From NCBI GenBank assembly GCA_012295275.1, contig CM022672.1, positions 20,026,001-20,090,000 of the forward strand: a DNA stretch of 64,000 bases. The letters are read 5' to 3'. The stretch's first letter is position 1. Each line of letters starts with the position of its first letter. The notes under the pieces were generated by a model. That model ran no database searches, was not told the DNA's origin, and was given only the letters and a program-made list of their open reading frames with translations. The translations under genes and the position numbers were made by a program. Shown piece after piece: positions 23,715-35,100 of this stretch. Source of the stretch: Chrysomallon squamiferum. Lineage: Eukaryota; Animalia; Mollusca.

Positions 23715-24315
23715 TAATTGCATGATCTACCAGAAGAGTTTAATTTATTCCTGTAACTCTAAATGTGTAACTCTGAATACAGGACATCATCTATCAAAAA
23801 TCTTTAAAAACCTTGAAGTGAACGTCTGAGATGAAACGTCTCGTACAATGGGACATGACTGAAACCCAGAGTGATGAAGACTGTTCTGAAATAAATGATG
23901 GTATTGGTAAATACTCCGTCATTGCAGTCTGTGGAGTTAAGACTTTCGAATCATCTGAGAAATGGAAGATAGTTTTTCACACAAAGATAGAAAGTGGTAT
24001 TCGTGAAAATAACTCTTTAATATTGAAGACCGTATGATGACCTTGCTCCTGTTTTTCTTGTTAATAAAAGTGAAGAAGATTTATAACAGGTCAAGTTTCT
24101 GTTTGTGTTTTTATTTTAAAATCTTCCTCTGGTAGGCCAAAAAAAAAAAAAAAAAAAAAAAGAAAGGTAAAAAGAAGAAATGTTTTCATTTAATAATGTT
24201 CCTCTTACAGGCTGCTCTGTGCAAAAAAAAAAAAAAAAAAAAAAATGTATTGACTTTTATATATATTACATTAAGTTTCATTACATATATGTATGTGTCT
24301 GTGTGTGTGTATATA

Positions 24316-24349
<34 letters not shown>

Positions 24350-24489
24350 GAAACTTATTTCATCTGAAATGCATTCATTTTTATTTACCCACTCACGTAA
24401 ACTGTTAAATATTTTTATTAGAGTGCAGTGTGTTTTTTATTTCTTTGCTTGAATTTAAAATGGTAATAATTATTAATATAAGTACTACT

Positions 24490-24492
<3 letters not shown>

Positions 24493-24563
<71 letters not shown>
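24493..24563. repeat. Compound microsatellite (AAT)n(GAT)n
   Basis: direct reading. Confidence 0.9.
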
Positions 24564-24564
<1 letters not shown>

Positions 24565-25479
24565 ATGATTTTAAAAAGCCAATCCTCCAGTTCATAATCT
24601 CAAAAAAGAACAAACAAAAAATAAACAAAATAAAAACATAGAAAACAAACAATCCTACTACATTACTCACATTTATTTGTCTAACAATCTATTAGTTGAT
24701 GTTTTCCATTAACTGAAGAATAAAATTAAATATAAATTTATTTATTTATGTATTCTCGTGACATTCAAACAGCTCACTAAGTGATTTGAGGGTACTGATT
24801 GGCTTCCCTAATCTTTTTTTCTCTTTCCACTGAATACCTGCTCAGTTGGTGTCACAGCAATTGTCAATTCCTTGACTTTATTACTAAAACGATCAAAAAC
24901 CTGATTGATTTATTGATCAGGAATATATGTGGCATTTGCATCACGTGTGAACATTTTTTTATCGACAATAAAAAATATCAATCCGAGAATTTCCATAAAT
25001 ACAGCATTCACCGATGCCAGCACAAATATTGTTTCAGCATGCAAAAACAAGAATGGATAATAATGTTTCTTTCAAGGACTGGTCGCAGCTCGCTTGCGAT
25101 GCTTGGCGTGTACTAGCTGACGTGATCGTGTTTGTGACGTTTCACTGGAAGCATGAAGAGAACTATTCCACAGTTTTATTGCCGCAGTCGTTCAGATGAT
25201 TCATTTTTACGACTTGTCACACTTTCAACACGTTTCGTAAGGCATGCTTTCTCAAGACACACACATACCGACACATAAAATATGAACTAGTGAACATTTT
25301 ACCCCAAACCCAACATTCTACGAAACCCAGAATGTCGCTCTTGTCGTGTTTAGGATTATTTCTGCAAGTTCTGTGGATTGGTGTTGACTGTTGAGGCTTT
25401 TAAAAGAACAAAACCGTTTGTTCGTGTATGTTTGCTTTTGTTTTAAATAAATTTAAATCTGTTGCTGATATCACATGAA

Positions 25480-25626
25480 CAAATGAATAAATAAAACAAA
25501 ATCTAAAGCAAATCTTAACGAAACTAAATAAATAAAAATACAAAAATAATATAAATAATAAATAAATAAATCATCAATAAATCAATAAATAAATAAAACA
25601 AATACAAATACAAAAAAAAAAAAAAA

Positions 25627-25658
<32 letters not shown>

Positions 25659-27200
25659 CCCAGCAGTAAATGAACAAATAAACAAATAAATAACTAAACC
25701 TAACTTTTAACCATGAAAATAAAGCAAAGAAAGAAAAATGATAAAATAATAAATAAATAATAAACTAAACTAATAAAATGACAGGAAATTAAGAGAAATA
25801 AAATAAAGAAATAATTAATTAATTACTGAAATAACAAAACTGAAAACATTTACAAATTAAAATTATAAAGAAAATAAATAATAAAATAAATAAAATCAAT
25901 TTAAAATAACAAATAAGTAAATTTTCAAGAAAATGTAAAAATAAAATAAAAAATATGGAAAAAGAAAATAATAAATAAATAAAATACATATATAAAAAAA
26001 AAAAATAATTAATTTTTTTTTTTTTTTTTTTTTTATTTTTTTTATTCTTTATAAACAATAATGTAAAAAATAAATAAAATAAAAAATAAAATAAAATAAT
26101 AAATAAATCAAATAATAAAAATTAATAAATAAAATGAGTTTTTTTTTTTTTAAAATAAAAAGTGAAACAAAATCTAATAATTAAATAATAAAAAAAAAAT
26201 AATAAATAATAAATAAATAATTAAAATAAAATAAAACTTAAACCTAACAAAGATGTTTTGTGACATTGCAACAATAAAAAAATAAAAAAAATAATAAAAA
26301 CAAATTTACATCTAACCAAGATTTTTTTGATACCACAACAATAAATAAATAAAAAAATAACACTATATAAGCCCTAAACTAAGCAAACTAAATAATTAAA
26401 TTAAATTACACATAAAAAAAAAACAAATTAAAAGAAAATTAAAAATAACTAAAATAAATTATATCTAAACAAACTAAATAAATAATTTAAATAAAAAAAA
26501 AAAAAAATTAATAATTAAAAAATATGTATTAAAATAAAATATTAAAAAAATTAAATTATATATTAAAATAAAACAAATAAAAATAAAAATAAAATATAAA
26601 ATTGCCTAATTTAAATTTAACAGACTATCTAGAACAGTTTTGAAAAAAACAAACTAAACTAAAGAAAGAACTGTAAAACATTTAAGTGAATAAAGAAAAC
26701 AAATATATTGAAGTAGAATGAATAAATAAAATAGATAAAATATAAAATGAGTAATAAAGTGAATAATTAAAATAAATATTAAATAATAAAATAAAATAAA
26801 ATAAAAGAACTCATGAAAAAGGATAAACAAATGAATGGATAAATATCTTCAAAAGTAAATTAAATAACTAAAAAAATATATATATAAAAACAAGAAAATA
26901 AAATAAAATAAATAAATAAATAAAATAAACAAATATTATTACAATAGATATATAAATAAATATGAAAAACTAAAATTAATAAATAATAATAATAACACAC
27001 AAAGTAAAATCATATAACTAAATAACCAAATGTAACTAAAGCAAGTAAATTAATTTAAAAAAATGAAAATTATTATAAAATAAGCCAGGAATGAAAAAAA
27101 AAAAAAAAATAATAAAGTAAGAGAAAGAAAAACAAGTAATAAATAAACAAATAAATTAATTAATTAATTAATTTAAAATTTAAAAGTATAAAACTAACAA
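25480..27200. repeat. About 1.7-kb extremely A-rich low-complexity block (AAAT/AAAAT-like)
   Basis: direct reading; little G or C. Confidence 0.8.
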
Positions 27201-27819
27201 AATTTAATTTTTTTATTCACAGGCTATCAAATCAACATTATTAGTGACAAAATCGCTAAAGCATTACAGCATGATTTCTGTGTACAGTCAATTTCTACCC
27301 AGTAAAAATAACAGTACAAGTAACCAATTTAGGAACATTCTTGAAAACTGAAATTTGGGCTTGCTAAAGAGTATGTATTTAGCCTCAGTATTGAAGAGGT
27401 TCAGTACAAAATATATGTCCATCTGATTTTTGGAAGATTCTAATATACTTCAGCAGCAGCCATTATTACCTAATACGAACAAATGAATTTTGAATTAGTT
27501 CTGAAATTACGCAGATTGAGTTTGTTAATGGCAGTACAAGTGTGCACAAGTGAACTTTATACTTATTATGCTAAATGTTGGCCAAAATATTTAAGTTAAA
27601 ATATGTTTCATATATAAATTAATGGAAGAAATAACAACAACAAATAACAATAATGATAATTTGTTTTATTTTTAATGTCAGTACAATCAAACTGATACAA
27701 ATCACACATAAATCATACAGCATAAAAACAAAAATCATTTTGATTTTTGGTTTAAAAACAGAAATTATATATGTATAACAGCAAAAAAATAAAAAATAAA
27801 AAAATAATATTAATAATAA

Positions 27820-27851
<32 letters not shown>

Positions 27852-29533
27852 ATAAATAAAATAAAACTTGAATCTGTAATCAAAGAAAAAGGTATGACTT
27901 TAAACTCAAAAATGTCTTGAAATATACAGAAGGTTCATTCAAACATTATGTAAGTACCTTTATTTTAGCAAAGAATAATAAGAAATTGTCTCTGTTTTTG
28001 GTTTATTTTCCATCATTTTTACTTTCTTCCTGCCTGCAAAACATCTCTCAGATGCCACAACCATGATCATGTTGTAAAATTATCTTTGAAATTTAAAAAG
28101 GAAAAAAAAAAAAAAAAAAAAGAAAAGAAAACAAGACAGGACCTAGAGACACATTCAAGTTTTGGAAATGATAAAAAGCCTGAAACTGATAAAAATGATA
28201 TGAGCATCTATAAATGATGTTGATGTAAATAATTTAAGGACAACATTCACCAGAAAGCATCTAATATTTTCACACCATTCATTGATAAAAATGTGATTTA
28301 AGCATTTAAACTTAATTTGTACACACAGTTATTATGTTTTATTTATTTCAATGACTATTCAAATCAGTACTACATTCAGTGCATGTGCATTATCTTTTGT
28401 TTGTTTTTAACAAACTTTTGCAAGACTTTTGAAAATAAACTCTAGAATTAAGTTTAGCAGAAACTTATTTTGTTATGAAAAAAAAATTATTTATATATAT
28501 ATATATATATATAAACAATAATCATAATAAAATATTCATTCTAAACTTACTAACACTTAATTCAGACATTTTAAACAAAAAAAAACTTTCATATTTGTAA
28601 TATGGTAAATAAGTTCAATTAAAAACAGAAAAAAACAGATATTTAACTTCTCATACATTTTATCAAAAACGTTTAGAAATATTATTGCAATTAAATTTCA
28701 CGTATATATATATATAAAGCTTAATCAAATTCATCTGTTGAACAAAGAATATTTAACTTAATACCTGTAAAAATCAGTGACAGACATAGGATGAAAGTGG
28801 GGATCATCTCTATGGCTTATACAATATTTAAGATAAGACTAATAAAAAAAAATTAATTATATTAAAAATAATAATAATAAAAAAAGAATACAAAAAAAAA
28901 AAAAATGTGTGTATGTATGGATATATATATGTATGTGTGTGTATATATATATATAATAAAACAAAATAAACAATAATGAAAAAACACTGATCAGCATAAA
29001 GCAGAGAATAATTTGAAATTTCAATTTTAACGGTTTTCTTTTTGCATTTGTTTAGCATTTTAAAAGGTTTAAAAAAAAACTAAAAAAAAAACATTATTCA
29101 GTAGGAATCCTGACTAGAATAATTTTTCAGAATTAAAACATTTGATATCAAAAAAAGTTTTGTAAAAAAAAAAAAATTAAAAAAAATCACTGTCTTACTT
29201 TGTGACAATTGACAAATCACCTAATTCTTTTTTTTGTATTAATTAACTTAGTGTTTCACACTACAGCAGTAATGAATGATGGTGCCCCATCATTAATCAC
29301 ATCAGCTTACATGAAAATGCTATTACAATTTCTAGAGTTCATATTCTATATTTCTAACCAAGCTAAGGACAGTATATGGTAGTTTTGTACTCAGTCTGAA
29401 TTTTATCTGCTTTAAACTTAAGCTTAAATGATACTATTATTCAAGCTTTCTAGAACTGGAATCAAGGCTGGATTTTAAGTTTTCAACCAGGCTATCATCA
29501 GTATGGAGGTATCATTTTTTATTATTTAAATAG

Positions 29534-29552
29534 TAATAATAATAACAACAAC

Positions 29553-29601
<49 letters not shown>

Positions 29602-29650
29602 GTAAAATAAATATAATAATAATATTAATTATAATAATAATAATAAATAT
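29534..29650. repeat. (AAT)n microsatellite
   Basis: direct reading. Confidence 0.9.
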
Positions 29651-29949
29651 AATAACAATAGTAAATCAAAGTTGAAATAAAAAACTGAATTCATTTTAAA
29701 TGAATTTGAACACATCTCTTGTGATATTTGTATTAAAATCTTAATAATAATAATAATAATAATAATAAAAAGATAATAAAATAATAATGAAGGAGAGAGG
29801 TAACTGGGTTTTTTGTTTTATATATTCTGTTTTGTAAACAATTCTCTGATTAAGATGGTGAAGGGAAGGGCATGAATCACTAACATGAAGAATGTATCAC
29901 GATGCTAATCAAATAAGTGCACAATGGTGTTTCTTCTCTATGCAAGTAC

Positions 29950-30315
29950 AACACAAACAGTCATAAATATTCATGACTACATTAATGAGTGAAAAATATG
30001 CACACATAAACAATCATAAATATTCATGACTTTATTTACGAGTGCAGAATATGCATACATAAACAAAAACCGTCACAAATATGCATGACTGTATATACAA
30101 CAGGTCAACATACATATTCCTTGTTTACACAGTTGTAAGCAATCATAAATATGCATGTAATAAACAAACGATCACTACAGTGTTTGTGACTTTGAAATAT
30201 GTATATTTGTGACTGCTGAATATGTAGACATAAACAATCATAAATTTGCATGACTGACATTTATGACTGTTGAATATGCATGGGTATATTTTTTTGAGTG
30301 CTGAGTATGCACACC
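29950..30315. repeat. Degenerate repeat, about 53-bp unit, with internal inverted motifs
   Basis: acataaacaatcataaatattcatgact...gagtg..aatatgca repeated; agtcat-N8-atgact palindromic core. Confidence 0.7.
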
Positions 30316-31382
30316 TCCTTGTATACATAAACATTCAAAAGTAACATACAAACTGTAATGTTGTCATAGTAACACTCTCTCTCTCTCTCACAGATACCAT
30401 TCATACTGCTTATCACACACATTTAATAAAACTTATATAGAACACCGACCTGCCATCACACATGAGATAATTATAATTACATGCATAAATGTATGACATC
30501 AATGGCATATACAAGCATGTGATAACGTATATACATTGATTAAAGTTTATTTTGTAAATGAAATTCACAATTGAAATAATATATACATCCTTTAAAGCTT
30601 TCACGGAATAAACATCTGACATTTACGCTGAGGTGCTAACAGTAAAAGTAAGACTCAAGAAAAAAAAATAACAAAACAAAAAAACAAACAAATAAATAAA
30701 TTAAAGAATTAAAAAATAAAAAACAAACAAGGAAATTATAATAATAACAAATAAATACATGTTATCCTAAAACCAATAAATTTCATTATTGTAACTTTTA
30801 CATTGTAATGCTACATTGAATTTATATTTAATTTAATTTTTAAGCAAATGCTACTTCATGATTTAATTTTTGTAACTTTCTATTGATTTTATTTTTTAAA
30901 TCTTATATTTAAGGAAATTTTATTACATGTAAAATTAATGTTAAAAGGTACACCCACTTGATCAAAAACTAAAATTTCCAGTTTTCTAGCCTGCCGAAAA
31001 AAACCCATTGAAACTGCAGATAAATCAGAGCAGAAAAAAAAAAAACCCAGTGAGAAACACTAATAATGCATATATATAAAAACCACATATATGACATCAA
31101 AGCCAAATATGAACACTGCTGCCAACAATTACCCTCCCTTTAAAGAAAAATAAAATGTCCTGGATTAGTATACCAAAGAAGAAAGTAACATGTACATCAA
31201 TAAATGAAAGAAAATAAATAGATATACATCAAAGAATACCCGTTTGAATTTTCCCAACAACCTCTTACAATCTCATCATAACAATTTTTTAAACTGTCAC
31301 TTCAGTTCATGGTTTGAAATGTTTTGTCCTATGTTTAAAATCATCATCTAAACCTTAATGTACGTATGTATTTGTGTGATCA

Positions 31383-31386
<4 letters not shown>

Positions 31387-31478
<92 letters not shown>
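31387..31478. repeat. (TG)46 microsatellite
   Basis: direct reading; about 430 nt past the HS2ST1 stop. Confidence 0.95.
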
Positions 31479-31479
<1 letters not shown>

Positions 31480-31903
31480 ATGTGTGAATATTTAATAAAT
31501 GTATTTCTGATAATTATTTTGGATCCAATTACTTTTTCAAACATGTAAAGTTAAATTTCAATCTAATTTATGAAAAGAATTATATTTTATGATACCCTAT
31601 TACAATAACAGAACTGTTGAAACTGTTTTTCTGACACACAATTATGTTTTGTCCATTGAGTATGCAAAACTCAGAAATCAGAGTCATAATTTCCAGCGAG
31701 TCAACATATTTTATTTAATGTCCTGGGCAAACAATTCAAGTTTTTGTGCCCAACCCAGATGGATACAAAACCATGTTTCAGGTGACAAATTAACTGAACA
31801 GATTTAGTTAATCTTCTGAATCAAATACGATGAGCTTCATTTCTGTTAATGCCTTTTTTTATCTCTATAACCATTTTTTTTGTTTTATTGCTGTTTTGGG
31901 CAG

Positions 31904-32124
31904 CTATCTTGGTCTAACTTTTTCATAACTGAACCGGTTTTCTTTTTCAACATACTCTCCTTCGAGCAAGTCAAATGTCTGATGTTTCACAAAATGAAAC
32001 TGCTGCAAAGCGAATTCGTAAAACGTATTTTCCATCTTCCATATTGTCGACTCCTGAATTTTTGCTATTGTTTCAGGCTTTGGAGTTATCTTTTTGGTTG
32101 TCTTTCGAAGATGTGATTTTCGAC
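31904..32124 (-). CDS. HS2ST1: HS2ST1 terminal coding exon ([11 protein letters not shown]...[15 protein letters not shown]...FSYEKVRPR*); not in ORF track
   Basis: ttacag| acceptor, open frame to TAG at 31906..31904. Confidence 0.94.
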
Positions 32125-35100
32125 CTGTAAACGAAATTTAAAAAATAATAATAATAAAAAATTATATATATATAACAATAATAAATCCACAAAAAAGAGA
32201 AATAAAGAAGACAAAAAGTTAATATATTAGTAAACAATGGTTATCAACTGTTGATGTTGGTAATCAGGTAACAAACCAGAAAACAGAAGAAAAAAAAACT
32301 TATTTTCATAACAGACCACAATAACTGAATTAAATTTTTAATTAAAATAAAAAATAAAAACAAATATCAGAATCCTCAATTATATTGTCTTATATTCAAA
32401 TACAAACTGTCACACACACACACACACAAAAAAATAAAATAAGAAAAGAAATATATATAAATAAATAAATATACAGAAAATCAAAGTAGCCTTGACCCTA
32501 AAAAAAAAAAAACCCCTAAATTCACTTAATTTTACCCACATGTTTTTCTACTACATAAAATAATTTACTTAACAATTTTTGTTTTCCCTTGTCCTTTTAT
32601 CACACCCAAATGAACTGTATCTATAAATAATAGTACTGTTTGCAGTCTGAAATAATCGATACCACACAATCATTTTTGAACCAGAGTTATAATTATGAAT
32701 AATCTTAGTACATTACAAGTCAATAACAACCAATTAGCCTGTGGAGTTCCTATACACACAGTCATCTCACCTCAGTGAACTGAACACTTTGTGAAGTGGA
32801 CCTGTGGTGATCTCAACAAACGGCTTAAAAACATACTTCTAAATGCTTGTTTTATTTATTACTCAACAGCAATCTTTGATAATAATGAAAGAATGGACCA
32901 TTAACTAGCATGCATGGATGAAGCCACTTCTCTTTATTTTATGTCATTTTGATCCCAAAAAATAATAATAATAATAGTAATAATAAAAAATAAAATCAGA
33001 TCAATACATCCTTTAAAGCTTTCTTTTAAGGTATAATAATAAATGAAAATGTGCAGTTTATATGCAATTAATCTGATCATAATAACAAAGTATGGTAATA
33101 ACATATGTTTCAATATACACAGTTTAACAGCAGTATATATAGGCATATATAATGAATTTACAGTTTTTGTTCTACCACCAGGACACTTTAATAAAACTTC
33201 AAAACATTTCAATATTAATGATTATTAACTTTCAACCTTACAAATCTTTTAATTACTCATGATAGGTGAGAGACCTACAAATCAATTTTTTTCTATATAA
33301 GCACTTAACTTTTATTGACAAATTACATACATCGTTACTATGTTTTATAAATGCATTTGTCTGAATGGGAAAATAGTTCAGTGGGAGCTGCAATGAGGAT
33401 TGATCCAGTGACCCTGTAATCTCACCTGAGTTGTAAAGCTGAACAGCTCCTCTGAAAAACCTTGGAAATGTGGCCTCGAGAAGAGCAATAAAATCACCCA
33501 GCTCCTCAGTGACTCCTACAACAAGATAGTTGTGCACCAGGTTGTGTTTGGCTTCTTCCAGAGCCCAGCTGCTGCCTGGATTCCTGTTGAGGTGAAAATA
33601 ATTTAGAGTAAAGACAATTCATAGAAATCAGGATTCAGAAGAGAAAAACAAAGAAAGAAGTCCCGATATACAATTCATGAAAATTCAAGAAAAATAAATC
33701 CAACCAAAAGTAAAGGAAGAATGGTATAAATTTACAAGACATTTGAACTCTAATGGAAAAAGATAATCACAACTACCATTTCCAAAAACAAGCAAATCAA
33801 AAAATACATATTATACATATTATATTGTGCCTACATACATATATTGTGCCTAACACCTACACACATATTATAATGTGCCTAACACTTACATACACATTAT
33901 AGTGTGCCTAACACTTACATACACATTATAGTGTGCCTAGCACCTACATACATATTACATTGTGCCTAACACTTACATACACATTATAGTGTGCCTAGCA
34001 CCTACATACATATTACATTGTGCCTAACACTTACATACACATTATAGTGTGCCTAACACCTTTGTGCCTAATATTTATAAACATATTATATTTGTGTTTA
34101 AATATCTACATTTATATTTCATTGTTCTCAACTAACTTTCCATACAAATAATTATATAATCTCTTTTAATAACATTAACCTACTTTTAAAAAATAAATGT
34201 TTAACCAATCAGAGCACTGACTTCATTTACTCCTTATAAAATAACACCTCTAAGTAACACCTGATTGGCTGCAAGGCAATCTTCTCCTAGCTGAACACAA
34301 GTGGATGATTTCCAGCAGTGTTGATTAATGACAAATCACACAGATCAAACACTGATTAAATTTGCCCAACCACCTATCCAATTAGAAGAGCAAATACTCC
34401 AGAAGTGTCTCTGCATCGCTTGCAATAATCACTGTTTTCTCTGCTCCAGCAATCAGAGATTGGACCATTCTTGTGCAAACACAGCCCACTCCATGAACAT
34501 ACAGTGTTTTCTAAACAACTTTATCCAGATATATGCCTAAATGGACTACAAATAAATTTAATGGATGAAATTAAATATTTGACAAACTGCATCAGACGTG
34601 CTTTCATGGGTTTGGTGCCGAAAGTCCTAAAAATGTTATTTGCTGAATATTCCAGGAGATAATTCAGTTCAAACAGAACTTAGCCCAAAACCAATTTGTA
34701 GACAATGAATAAATGCACTGAATAAGTTAAATATTCAAGGAAATAATTCAATTCAAACACAACTTAGCTCAAAACCAATTGGCAGACAATGAACAGAATA
34801 AGCAGAATGGACATTTAGAAAATGTTAAATATAGATGTCAGTATTAAATAACAACTGAAAGGATCATGAAGTAATCCAACTTACTAAGTCATGGTGTTAT
34901 TTGTTATAAAACCTTCTTTGTTTATTTTTTAGTAAAATAACAAATGGCTACAATCAAATAAATATGTTTAATAATATATGGATGAAAATATTAACTTTTG
35001 ACTATTTAAAAAAAATTATATTATTATAACTTACTTCTAATAATAATATAACTTACTGATAATAAAGCCCCTTTTTTTTTTAACTGTTGCTGTTAATGAC

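Noticed and set aside
23871-23958. Possible box C/D snoRNA (GTGATGA ... CTGA ... ATGATG ... CTGA)
   Set aside because: No terminal stem, D' only about 8 nt from box C, no recognisable rRNA guide
23819-24095. In-frame TGA as selenocysteine
   Set aside because: No redox-like context, and the downstream hairpin lacks SECIS geometry (no AUGA/GA quartet with a correctly spaced AA)
14163-31904. Functional linkage of MEGF8 and HS2ST1 because both affect morphogen signalling
   Set aside because: Convergent orientation with no shared promoter, and no evidence here for conserved synteny
31880-32116. + strand 78-aa ORF
   Set aside because: Antisense shadow of the last HS2ST1 exon
33821-34072. CRISPR-like array
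   Set aside because: Head-to-tail minisatellite with no unique spacers; eukaryotic context and no cas genes
34200-34470. Cluster of CCAAT-like motifs as an internal promoter
   Set aside because: aaccaatcag-type motifs are common in decayed transposons; no CpG enrichment or downstream exon
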